In this document: positions 1-8,597 of the stretch, piece after piece
Numbering within the stretch: the first letter of the stretch is position 1
How the letters are laid out: each line of letters starts with the position of its first letter
DNA from: a virus
Reading direction: 5' to 3' (one strand)
IMG/VR virus record: IMGVR_UViG_3300028581_000036
Span: 7,041-71,040 of that record
DNA length: 64,000 nucleotides
Program-made: the position numbers and the translations under genes
The notes under the pieces: generated by a model
The model's input: only the letters and a program-made list of their open reading frames with translations
Databases searched by the model: none
Told to the model about the DNA's origin: nothing

Positions 1-2
1 AG

Positions 3-305
3 TTCAAGACCGGCTCAGTAATAGTTGACCTTAATTACCCAGAGGAGGTCTTTACATTTATAGAGTGGTATGATGACCGCAATGGCACAATGTGCGTGAA
101 AGCCAGCGACTCATCTGGTTTCACCCGTCATCTCTATGGCGATAGCGTAAGACTGAGTACACTCACCGGCAAACATAAACGCACCAAGCGCGGCCTAACT
201 GAACTGTCAGCCAGTGAAAAACGTCTCAGTCGTTCAGAAAAGCGCAAGCTACGCCGTGAGCGCCGGGAGCCGGCCAGAAAGGAGCTAGCTGGTGATGTAC
301 TATAG
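3..305 (+). CDS. hypothetical protein, 5'-truncated by window edge, basic C-terminus
   Basis: Frame of ORF 90..305 stays open back to position 3 (FKTGSVIVDLNYPEEVF...); ends at TAG 303-305. Confidence 0.5.
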   Translation, partial: FKTGSVIVDLNYPEEVFTFIEWYDDRNGTMCVKASDSSGFTRHLYGDSVRLSTLTGKHKRTKRGLTELSASEKRLSRSEKRKLRRERREPARKELAGDVL

Positions 306-870
306 AGATGGGCCGCGGGTTCAGTATGCACAACCCGTAGCCCGGGGTTCTATAACCGCGGGTTCACTTTATTAAACCGGCGGCCCTATAGCAACCGGGC
401 GGTTCCACCGGCGGTCTCCGGCATGAACCGGCGGCTGCTCCGGTGGCTCTATAGAGGCTGCCCGGGCAGTCCCGGGGCCGCTATATGACAGCCCGGGTTG
501 CCCAGGTCAGCCCTATAGCATGCTGGAGAACAGTCCAGGGCAGAAAATCCATGGTACATATATCTTAAAATATATCTTAGATAGATGAAATATTCAGAAA
601 TTAAAAATATATCAAATAGTTACTAGTACTATATTACCCCTAATAGGGCGAACTGTTGCGCTTCTGTCGCTCATTTTTTACCGGCCCGGAGCCCCGGGGG
701 CCGCGCGATGCGATTCTATTAATAGAGAGGGTGGTTCTGAGTGTTCTGAGTTCTCTGAGCACTCTGAGTGCTCCGTGTCTAATAGGGCGGAGGTCACCGG
801 TGTTCAAAAAATTTTTGGCCGGGCCCTGAGTACCCCGACCTCTGTGTATAACCTAAATGAATATGAGACA
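300..870. other. GC-rich non-coding island with repeats; candidate genome terminus/packaging site or origin
   Basis: CTATA(G) at 300, 350, 386, 449, 481, 513; ACCGGCGG at 376, 407, 427; AT-rich block ~555-640; CTAATAGGGCG at ~640 and ~779; composition contrasts sharply with the rest of the window. Confidence 0.45.
736..773. repeat. 4x TCTGAG at exact 9-bp period, ending in palindrome GAGCACTC-T-GAGTGCTC
   Basis: TCTGAG at 736, 745, 754, 763. Confidence 0.8.
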
Positions 871-1020
871 ATATTGACATTGAATATATATAATAAAATA
901 ATAAATATGGTGGATATTTGTCTTATGAAGCCACTAAAGAAGAGAGTAGAAGAATCGGTGAATTACTTGACTATGATAAACAGGACATTGACTGGTACAT
1001 AAATAAAAACTACAAATAAC

Positions 1021-1578
1021 ATGAAGTATATCAAGACATTTGAGAGCTTTTTAAATGAAGCCATAAAGCTGCCTAAACCCAGTGAAGATTTTCGAAGTTA
1101 TAAGTATAGTAGTGAACTGCTAGATAACAGAGACTATAATTTTACAAGTGGCGGTTTTAAGTATGTTTTGAGATTTGCGGCAAGTGCACCGCCAGGCCCA
1201 TACAATTTATCAATGGATTTATATGTTAAGCTAAAACAGGGTGGCAAAACTGTACTTTCAACCGAACTGGTCGATAACCCAGAGGTCTTCGAACTCAACG
1301 ATATAATTAAACAAGCACTTGATACTACGCTAAAAGACATGTGGAGTTCAGGCAAAGAAATATCTGGTTTAAAAATTGAATTTACAAGAGGTAGCAAACC
1401 ACGAGAAAATAGACCTGACGGAAGAGCACGTGAGGATAAAAACACCAGAGCTATTATTTTTGGCAGAGCTATTAAAAAGACACTGGATGCCAATGGCATT
1501 AAGTATAGTGAGTCAAGTGAAGTGGTTGGCGACAAAGATGTGATAAGATATGAGTTCAATCCCATATATAAAAAATAA
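1021..1578 (+). CDS. hypothetical protein with capsid-targeting-like leader (putative internal head protein)
   Basis: N-terminus MKYIKTFESFLNEA. Confidence 0.75.
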   Translation: MKYIKTFESFLNEAIKLPKPSEDFRSYKYSSELLDNRDYNFTSGGFKYVLRFAASAPPGPYNLSMDLYVKLKQGGKTVLSTELVDNPEVFELNDIIKQALDTTLKDMWSSGKEISGLKIEFTRGSKPRENRPDGRAREDKNTRAIIFGRAIKKTLDANGIKYSESSEVVGDKDVIRYEFNPIYKK

Positions 1579-1584
1579 AAGAAT

Positions 1585-2214
1585 ATGAATCTTTTTAAAA
1601 CATTTGAAAAATTTCTGGAAAGCCAAAATGTCACAGAAGTTGTAATATCTGGTAAAACTTCACCAAGGCTAGCAATATTCGACCTTGATGACACGTTAAT
1701 TATTAGTGATGCCCGTATTAATGTCTTAGACAAAAACGGAAAAGTGATTAAGTCACTTACACCTTCTGAATTTAATGGCTATGTCCATGATCCGAAACAT
1801 TCACTTTCTTTTTCAGAATTTGAAGATGCTGGAATATTAGGCAGGTCAAAATTTATAAATGAAATTCTTGAAAAGCTTCTGGTCTTTTATAAAGAGGGTA
1901 CGCATGTTGCAATTGTTACAGCACGTTCTAGTTCAAAATTGATTCACGATTTTTTCTTAGATAAAGGCATTGATATTCATCCTGATTTGGTAATTGCTGT
2001 CAATGATCCAGCAAGTGGCCTCAGTGGTAACATTGCTGAACGCAAAAAGGCTGCTATACATGACCTTGTCAATCAGGGCTACAGGGACCTGATTTTCTTT
2101 GATGACGATTCTAAAAATCTAGAACTGGCAAGAGAAATTGAAGGTGAAAAAGACGTTAAGATAGAAACGGTAAAAGTCGAACACGGCGAAGTTAAAGCTA
2201 AATCTAAAAAATAA
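1585..2214 (+). CDS. HAD-superfamily phosphatase (Pnkp 3'-phosphatase-like) with capsid-targeting-like leader
   Basis: Motifs IFDLDDTL, IVTARS, K, FFDDD; N-terminus MNLFKTFEKFLE. Confidence 0.75.
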   Translation: MNLFKTFEKFLESQNVTEVVISGKTSPRLAIFDLDDTLIISDARINVLDKNGKVIKSLTPSEFNGYVHDPKHSLSFSEFEDAGILGRSKFINEILEKLLVFYKEGTHVAIVTARSSSKLIHDFFLDKGIDIHPDLVIAVNDPASGLSGNIAERKKAAIHDLVNQGYRDLIFFDDDSKNLELAREIEGEKDVKIETVKVEHGEVKAKSKK

Positions 2215-2220
2215 ACTAAT

Positions 2221-2736
2221 ATGAAATACATTAAAACGTTTGAAAGCTTCTTAAATGAAAAAGCGCCAGAGACTGGCCTGATGTTTATACCAAAAACACA
2301 GGTTGGTGCAAATAAAATGAATACAGCACTACAGGGGTCTGGACTGTCTGCAGAATGGAATGCACGTGAAGGTTACTTCTTATTTCCAGAAGAAGAAGTA
2401 AATTATGATACTCTTGAAGTTGAAATACAAAAACTTGCTGACCAAAATGGAATTGACGGTCGCATAGAGGGTATCTTTGAAAACCAAAGTACTTCAAAAG
2501 ACGATATAAAAAGCATTGAATATGTTGAAACTACACCAGGTAATAGATTATATAAACTAATAGTAAAATTAGCAAACGGTGAAGAAAAGAAACTCAGTTC
2601 AATTGGCAATCTAAATAAGGAATTTGGACTTGATATAGATGAATACTTAAACAGAGATTCAGCCGGTTTTGAAAAAGAGGTAAAGAATAAATACCCTGAT
2701 ATTGAAGTATTAACAAGCGAATTTGATGTTTCTTAA
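2221..2736 (+). CDS. hypothetical protein with capsid-targeting-like leader
   Basis: N-terminus MKYIKTFESFLNEK. Confidence 0.75.
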   Translation: MKYIKTFESFLNEKAPETGLMFIPKTQVGANKMNTALQGSGLSAEWNAREGYFLFPEEEVNYDTLEVEIQKLADQNGIDGRIEGIFENQSTSKDDIKSIEYVETTPGNRLYKLIVKLANGEEKKLSSIGNLNKEFGLDIDEYLNRDSAGFEKEVKNKYPDIEVLTSEFDVS

Positions 2737-2738
2737 AA

Positions 2739-3050
2739 ATGAAGTATATTAAAACGTTTGAGAGTTTTATAAACGAGTCAAATAAGTTTGAACTCTTTGT
2801 AGCAAATGACAACACATATTTAAAGTCAGGTGAAGTACATCTGGAGATACCTGAAAAAGAAGATGGCGCTATATTAATTGGGTCACGTGAAAAATTGGCA
2901 AAGATTTATTACTTAAAACCTGGCATAATGGTCGTTAAGGGCGGCGGCACTGAACAGGAGTTTACAAACATAGAAAAGCTGGTAACATGGTTAAATCAAA
3001 ATAACTGGTCATATATAACAAAAGACGATAATGAGAGACCCGATAATTGA
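2739..3050 (+). CDS. hypothetical protein with capsid-targeting-like leader
   Basis: N-terminus MKYIKTFESFINES. Confidence 0.75.
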   Translation: MKYIKTFESFINESNKFELFVANDNTYLKSGEVHLEIPEKEDGAILIGSREKLAKIYYLKPGIMVVKGGGTEQEFTNIEKLVTWLNQNNWSYITKDDNERPDN

Positions 3051-4074
3051 ACATAACAGACAGCTGAGTATTAAGGCCTGGGTCGAACAAGGTAAGCGAA
3101 CATTAAATGAATCTTTTAAAAACACGCCGATTGCTGCAGCAGGTTCCGGTATTGGTTCAGGCGGTGTAGTAGTTGGCCCAGGGCCAGATCCAGGCCCTGG
3201 GCCAGAGCCTCCGCCAGTGCCTGTTAGTGCCAATCTTATATTGTCTGTAGATATAGATACTGATCCATATACATTTGGGTTTGAAATTACAACCAGTACA
3301 GAGAAGGGTTTAACAGTAGTAGTAGACTGGAATGGTGTTGATATAACTACAGACCAGGTTGCAGCAGGTTCAACAAAACACATAATTAGTTATAATTATA
3401 CATCAGCTGATATATTTACACCTGTAATTGTGTTCAGTGATGTAAGTGCAGTTGAGGGTTTATTTTTTGATTGGCCTGTAGATAACAGCGGATCAGGTCG
3501 TATTAATAATATCCTTAATAGCGATCTTGTAAATTTAACAGCATTAACTGAACTAAGTTTTACAGAAAACAGTATTCCGGAGTTAAACTTATCAGGTCTT
3601 AATTTACAGACTATTACTGTAAACGACGATTCTGCGCTTGGGACACTTATTGTTGAATCTTCAATCATAGGTGAATTGTCTGTGACATCTTGCAACGGTT
3701 TAAATAACTTTTCGTGCGGAGGTTCAGAGTTTACTGATAATCTGGTGATATCAAACTGCAAGGCTTTATCTTTTTTAAGTCTTGCAAGCATTAATATATT
3801 AAGAGGTTTAGATATATCTGAAAATGCTAATTTAGATAAAGTTGAATTACCTTCTGAAAATTCTTTAGCCGGTGAAGGAATTATTATAACTACATATCAT
3901 TCACCAATAACATCAGAAGACGTCGATTCATTAATACAGAACATTTTAAACTCTGGCATTCTTACAGGATCTTTAGATTTAAGAGGTAGTGGCGCACCAG
4001 GCGAGAAAGGATTGGTGGATATAGTTAAATTAAATGAACCTCCGCGCGAATGGACAGTTTTATATACTGTCTAG
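3031..4074 (+). CDS. leucine-rich-repeat-like protein with Gly/Pro linker
   Basis: GPGPDPGPGPEPPP linker, beta-rich domain, then LxxLxLxxN-like repeats (LTALTELSFTEN, LRGLDISEN). Confidence 0.6.
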   Translation: MRDPIIEHNRQLSIKAWVEQGKRTLNESFKNTPIAAAGSGIGSGGVVVGPGPDPGPGPEPPPVPVSANLILSVDIDTDPYTFGFEITTSTEKGLTVVVDWNGVDITTDQVAAGSTKHIISYNYTSADIFTPVIVFSDVSAVEGLFFDWPVDNSGSGRINNILNSDLVNLTALTELSFTENSIPELNLSGLNLQTITVNDDSALGTLIVESSIIGELSVTSCNGLNNFSCGGSEFTDNLVISNCKALSFLSLASINILRGLDISENANLDKVELPSENSLAGEGIIITTYHSPITSEDVDSLIQNILNSGILTGSLDLRGSGAPGEKGLVDIVKLNEPPREWTVLYTV

Positions 4075-4079
4075 TTTTC

Positions 4080-4121
4080 TGCAAATTTCTTTATTAATCT
4101 AAATTTTTATTGTATATTTGC
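4080..4121 (+). promoter_or_regulatory. class 1 promoter: TGCAA ... TAnnTTTR (Bacteroidota -7-like element)
   Basis: TGCAA 4080, TATATTTG 4113; same 33-nt offset in five other intergenic copies. Confidence 0.7.
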
Positions 4122-4282
4122 ATGTGTTTAATAAACATTTCTTTATTATTACATATATTAATTACAATAACCTGTACCCTTGAAAAACTCGTATTATTCA
4201 AACTATTGGTAATTTACCGATAGTCCCTGATAGATAAGCAGGCTAGCTCCTATATAAAGGGGTAAGAGAATAAGGAGCAAAT

Positions 4283-4426
4283 GGCCAGGTTGCGGAATGT
4301 TTTGAAGCGACTTCAAAACTTGGAAAACGCTAGACAAGTAACTCACTAAGTGCATTTTGCGCAAATGCTTCTATATTGAGTAAAAATCTACCAGACGTGG
4401 TGTAGGTTCGAATCCTACTCTGGTCA
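4283..4426 (+). ncRNA. tRNA-like RNA (144 nt) with hairpin insertions in D-loop and anticodon arm
   Basis: Acceptor GGCCAGG/TCTGGTC-A; T-arm GTAGG-TTCGAAT-CCTAC; D-stem GCG/CGC; variable arm CCA-GACG-TGG; no canonical anticodon loop. Confidence 0.7.
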
Positions 4427-4472
4427 CAAATAAACATTTTTAATAAACTAGTATAATTTTAAAATAATTAAC

Positions 4473-5381
4473 ATGAAAAATAACAGTCTTTCGGCAACAG
4501 GCCTTTCGCTTTCACAAGCGCAATCTATTAGCAATCTTTGTTTTCAGAGAGCAAAGCAAATTGAATCAACTTTATCGATAGTTAATAACTGCACAAAGGA
4601 GTTGAAACTGAATGATGAAAATTATATTGAAACTGCCGGCAATAGAATGCCTTCTAATGTAATAGACCTATTAACTCAAAAATCAAGATTACATGCCTGT
4701 CAGGCTTTTCTAATGGATAACATCAAGGCAAAAGACTCTTTGTTAAAAGACTTGCAAAACAAGAAATTTGTAACTGATTTAAAACAACCAGCTGAACCTG
4801 AGTTAGATCGCTTCACTGAAGCACTATTGGTTGATGAACAATGGGGCTGGTCGCAGCTTTCTATTGGCGAATATAATGAATATCTTGAAGCTGAGGCTTT
4901 TGCATCACATATTGGCCAGTTCATCCATAGAAATGGTAAGCTAGATGAATTACGCAAAGAATTACCTGATATCAAGACACTTGAGTGGATTAATATTAAA
5001 GACGGTGAGAAGACACCTCTTAAAATTACAATCCACCATACTGCACAGGAATTGCTTGATTTACACGAAGAGCTTTCAGCTATGCATCGTCAATATGAGC
5101 AGCGTGTAAATTACTTCAAAGCCAAGGTTAAAAATATGGTAACAGAAGAAAATGCACGTATCTCAAAAGAAAATTCTATTAAAATGGCTGAGACAAATAG
5201 TGCGAATAATATTCGTATAAAAGAATTTGAAAATGCGTATAAGTCTTATCAGGCTGAATTTCTTAAATTAAAACAAGACTTTGAAGAAGCTCGTCAAGTT
5301 GAAATTAAAAATATTGCATCACTGAGAATCCAGGTCGATCCAAGATTTCAAGCTATGATTGACGTGTTTTTATCTAAATAA
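4473..5381 (+). CDS. alpha-helical/coiled-coil hypothetical protein (302 aa)
   Basis: Long ORF, heptad-like C-terminal half; lies directly upstream of a structured RNA. Confidence 0.8.
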   Translation: MKNNSLSATGLSLSQAQSISNLCFQRAKQIESTLSIVNNCTKELKLNDENYIETAGNRMPSNVIDLLTQKSRLHACQAFLMDNIKAKDSLLKDLQNKKFVTDLKQPAEPELDRFTEALLVDEQWGWSQLSIGEYNEYLEAEAFASHIGQFIHRNGKLDELRKELPDIKTLEWINIKDGEKTPLKITIHHTAQELLDLHEELSAMHRQYEQRVNYFKAKVKNMVTEENARISKENSIKMAETNSANNIRIKEFENAYKSYQAEFLKLKQDFEEARQVEIKNIASLRIQVDPRFQAMIDVFLSK

Positions 5382-5430
5382 AATAAAGGTGGTCCAGAAT
5401 TAAGCATAAGCCTATATTCTGTACTTTTGT

Positions 5431-5674
5431 ACCAAGTGGTTTGGTTTTTATAATACAGGATATTAATATTCGCCGCTTCATGTGGCCTACAAAAACAAAC
5501 CGCTTCCTCACAAAATCTAAAAACTGAGATAGAACTCAAAGTTAGACAGGTTATCCCGTTGTGGAAAAATTGGCTAACAAAAAGAGACTTGGTTTTTGAC
5601 TTTGCCTTTGAAGTGAGGAAGGTCTTTGGCTTAGATTTTGTTTTAGACTTTATCTATATGCCAAATCATTTGGT
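5431..5674 (+). ncRNA. putative structured ncRNA with phased GNYTTN hexamers
   Basis: 15-bp closing stem 5431-5445/5660-5674 (3 G-U); CTTCCTCAC 5503/GTGAGGAAG 5613; AAAATCTAA 5512/TTAGATTTT 5631; hexamer phase 5586-5651. Confidence 0.6.
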
Positions 5675-5686
5675 AACTTTATAATA

Positions 5687-5776
5687 ACGGGATTGGTGAA
5701 TTGGTATACACGGCTTACTAAAGCGTAAGTTGACATGCGAACATGTCGTCTAGAGTTCGAGTCTCTGGATCCCGTC
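5687..5776 (+). tRNA. non-canonical class II tRNA-like gene (8-nt anticodon loop, 6-bp T-stem); identity undetermined
   Basis: ACGGGAT/ATCCCGT acceptor; GTG-AATTGGTATA-CAC D-arm; GCTTA-CTAAAGCG-TAAGT; GACATG-CGAA-CATGTC variable arm; CTAGAG-TTCGAGT-CTCTGG. Confidence 0.65.
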
Positions 5777-5818
5777 GAGTGAGTTCTTTGAAATAAAAAT
5801 AAAAATAAATTAGAAAAA

Positions 5819-6196
5819 ATGGAAACAATTTCAACATTCGTTTTAGGTGCTCTTAGTGGCCTGTTCCTTATAGGGATAATCTACGCTTTTATAGGAGTGC
5901 TTAAGATTACACAGTCAGTACATCTTTTAAAAGATGAAGTAAAAAAGCTTAATATCATAAGAGACGAAGACCATCGATTTTTCGACGAAAGATTTACCGT
6001 AATAATTAATGATGCAGAGAAGACAGCTTCTGAATTATTTGCCGATACTTGCAGGCTCAGGGATGAACTAGCAGAAGAGGTGAACAAGGCACATCAATAT
6101 ATTGACAGTCGCCTAGACAAAAGCATACAGACTATATCCAATCGCATGGATGCTCTGTTTGTAAAGAAAGACGTTCAACAACAACTTAACTCGTAA
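5819..6196 (+). CDS. membrane-anchored coiled-coil hypothetical protein
   Basis: N-terminal hydrophobic helix FVLGALSGLFLIGIIYAFIGVL. Confidence 0.75.
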   Translation: METISTFVLGALSGLFLIGIIYAFIGVLKITQSVHLLKDEVKKLNIIRDEDHRFFDERFTVIINDAEKTASELFADTCRLRDELAEEVNKAHQYIDSRLDKSIQTISNRMDALFVKKDVQQQLNS

Positions 6197-6219
6197 AAAC
6201 AAAAGAACTCACTCAATTC

Positions 6220-6247
6220 AGGTCTGGATATTATCCAGACCTTTTTT
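6220..6247 (+). terminator. intrinsic terminator
   Basis: AGGTCTGGATA-T-TATCCAGACCT followed by T-run. Confidence 0.85.
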
Positions 6248-6269
6248 ATGATATATACCAAAACCTTCT

Positions 6270-6566
6270 ATGAAAAACTTTAAAAACTTTTCAGATTTTA
6301 TTTTCGAGAAATACGACAGTTCTATTGAATCTGGCCTTAAAAAGAAAAGTGAAGAAACTGGTGCGCCGCTTGGCATTTTACGTAAAGTATTTGACAGGGG
6401 TATGGCGGCTTGGAAAAGTGGTCACAAACCTGGTACTGGACAAGAACAATGGGCATACGCCAGAGTAAATTCATTTGTACTTGGGAAAAAAGGTACTTGG
6501 GGAGGTGCAGACAAGGATCTTGCTAAAGAGGCACGAGAAAAAGGTTTTAATCCCAAATCTAAATAA
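6270..6566 (+). CDS. small conserved viral protein (DUF5824-like) with capsid-targeting-like leader
   Basis: RGMAAWKSGHKPG...QWAYARVNSF motif; leader MKNFKNFSDFIFE. Confidence 0.65.
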   Translation: MKNFKNFSDFIFEKYDSSIESGLKKKSEETGAPLGILRKVFDRGMAAWKSGHKPGTGQEQWAYARVNSFVLGKKGTWGGADKDLAKEAREKGFNPKSK

Positions 6567-6835
6567 TGAGTTTAGTTAAATCATATAGCGACTGGTTATC
6601 TGAAGAGTCAAAAGATCCCTATTTTAAGGGTCTTAGTAAGTCTACAATTAGTGCAAAAAAGGCACAGATGAAAAAACAGGCCAAAATGCCCGATGACGAT
6701 CCTGCTGCTTATAAAGAATTGCCAGGTGACACTAAAGGCAAAAGCGCTCTTAAGCCTTCGCCCACTACCGGTAAGTATCAAGAAGTATATGGAAAAAAGA
6801 AAAATGAAAATAACGGCGATACACCTAAATTATAA
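6566..6835 (+). CDS. basic hypothetical protein with capsid-targeting-like leader
   Basis: YFKGLSKST...DDDPAAYKELPGD; leader MSLVKSYSDWLSEE; TAATG coupling to previous gene. Confidence 0.7.
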   Translation: MSLVKSYSDWLSEESKDPYFKGLSKSTISAKKAQMKKQAKMPDDDPAAYKELPGDTKGKSALKPSPTTGKYQEVYGKKKNENNGDTPKL

Positions 6836-6866
6836 TAACGATAAATATACTAAATAAATTTAAACA

Positions 6867-7307
6867 ATGGCATACGTAAACTCATATCATTCATTTGCAA
6901 ATACAATTAATGAAGCTGCTAAATACACTGAAGATAATAGAATAGGCACGCTTGCATTATACGGCCTTTGTCTAAGAGACCAAATTCATATTTTCCACTG
7001 GCAAACAGAAATTGGCGATATGCACAAAGCCCTTGGTGATTTTTATGATGCCTTTCTTTTAAGCTTTGATAATTTAATGGAAAGTATAATGGGTAAATAT
7101 GGCCGTTTTAAAGTTAGCACACTTGGCATGCCTGTTACATTTCTTGATTTAAACCAGGTTAACCCCGATGAATTTGCCCAAACCTATGTTCAGGTTTTTG
7201 AAAATTACAAAACTACTGTGTTCAATAACGACACAGAGATTATTAATATAATCGAAGAGATAATTGCATCTATACATAAATTGCAATACCTTCTTACAAT
7301 GTCTTAA
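6867..7307 (+). CDS. ferritin/Dps-like protein (DUF5856-like)
   Basis: HIFHWQT...HKALGDFYD...D.LMESIMGKYGR...YLLTMS pattern. Confidence 0.7.
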   Translation: MAYVNSYHSFANTINEAAKYTEDNRIGTLALYGLCLRDQIHIFHWQTEIGDMHKALGDFYDAFLLSFDNLMESIMGKYGRFKVSTLGMPVTFLDLNQVNPDEFAQTYVQVFENYKTTVFNNDTEIINIIEEIIASIHKLQYLLTMS

Positions 7308-7345
7308 TCTTAAACGACATTTCTGCAACCTGACAAGCCAAAAAC

Positions 7346-7387
7346 TGCAACAATCTTTTAATTGTCAGAATCATTACTTATATTTAC
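7346..7387 (+). promoter_or_regulatory. class 1 promoter
   Basis: TGCAA 7346, TATATTTA 7379. Confidence 0.6.
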
Positions 7388-7467
7388 TCTATAGCATTTA
7401 ACAGGGCCTATAACTCATAATCAACATTAATTGAGTTGGTTCCAAACATGCTCTCATATATTTAAAA

Positions 7468-8124
7468 ATGAAACTATTATTAGAAAAAGGTCAACATCTT
7501 TGGTTTACAAGCGATACGCATTATAATCATAGCAATATTTGCAGATCAACTACCAAGTGGGAGAATGCAGAAGATGTAACACGTGACTTTAAGTCACTGG
7601 ACCACATGAACTCTGTAATCGTTGAATCAATTAATGATGCTGTCGGTGAAAATGATATACTAATACATCTTGGTGATTGGTCATTTGGTGGTTTTGAAAA
7701 AATAAAAGAGTTTAGAAATAAGATCGTGTGTAAAAATATACATCTTGTCCTAGGCAACCACGATCATCATATTGAAAGAAATAAAGATGATGTACGCAGG
7801 CTTTTTTCATCCGTACAGCACTATATTAATCTTGATGTCAGAAGGCCGAGTTCTTATAAAAAGGGTGAAATGGACCAGTATAATTTTATACTAATGCATT
7901 TTCCAATTGCCAGCTGGGACGGTATGAACAATAACGCAGTACACTTACATGGCCATGTTCATTTACCTGCTGCTAAGAGAATAGCAGCAGGTAAAGCAAT
8001 GGATGTCGGAGTAGACGGCAATTACATGAAACCTATATCACTAGATGAAGTATTATCTTTAATGAAAAATAGGCCTATTGTAAAGCTTGCACTGCCTCAA
8101 GACCATCATGAGAAAAAATTATAA
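7468..8124 (+). CDS. calcineurin-like metallophosphoesterase
   Basis: SDTH, HLGD, GNHD, MHFP, HGHVH, DVGVD motifs. Confidence 0.9.
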   Translation: MKLLLEKGQHLWFTSDTHYNHSNICRSTTKWENAEDVTRDFKSLDHMNSVIVESINDAVGENDILIHLGDWSFGGFEKIKEFRNKIVCKNIHLVLGNHDHHIERNKDDVRRLFSSVQHYINLDVRRPSSYKKGEMDQYNFILMHFPIASWDGMNNNAVHLHGHVHLPAAKRIAAGKAMDVGVDGNYMKPISLDEVLSLMKNRPIVKLALPQDHHEKKL

Positions 8125-8224
8125 ATTTAGTATAAATGGTTATAGATAGCAAAAAACCCTCAATGACGCAAAACCGCTGTTACCTGCTGGGCGGTTTATC
8201 AGTAGGAACTTTAAAAGAAACAAA

Positions 8225-8587
8225 ATGAGTTTAGATGTTTATTTAACACGAAAAAAATGGATTAGCTACGATGCTGGCAAAACATTAACAGAAGAAGAAG
8301 AAACTGTTTACGATGCAAACATTACCCATAACTTAGGTAAAATGGCACGTGAAGCAGGAATTTATGAAGCACTTTGGCGACCAGAAGAAATTGGCAAAAC
8401 AAAGGCGAGTGAAATAGTTGAATTGCTTGAAAAAGGATTAGCTGATTTAAAAGCAAGACCTGAACATTTTGAAAAATTCAACTCGCCTAACGTATGGGGA
8501 ATGTATGAACATTTTGTTCCTTTTGTCGAAAAGTATTTAGAAGCCTGTAAAGAATATCCTGATGCTATTATCGGAGTGTCAAGGTAG
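8225..8587 (+). CDS. cassette gene, hypothetical protein
   Basis: 120 aa (ANITHNLGKMA...); bracketed by GTTACCTGC 8179 and GCAGGTAAC 8592. Confidence 0.85.
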   Translation: MSLDVYLTRKKWISYDAGKTLTEEEETVYDANITHNLGKMAREAGIYEALWRPEEIGKTKASEIVELLEKGLADLKARPEHFEKFNSPNVWGMYEHFVPFVEKYLEACKEYPDAIIGVSR

Positions 8588-8597
8588 CCTTGCAGGT

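Noticed and set aside
775-1002. 75-aa ORF
   Set aside because: GTG start inside the repeat island, crosses promoter-like AT tracts, no motif; only a short 3' part could be real.
4330-4390. Group I or bulge-helix-bulge intron in the tRNA-like gene
   Set aside because: The insert is only about 50 nt, too short for a group I core, and I could not see a convincing splice motif restoring a 7-nt loop.
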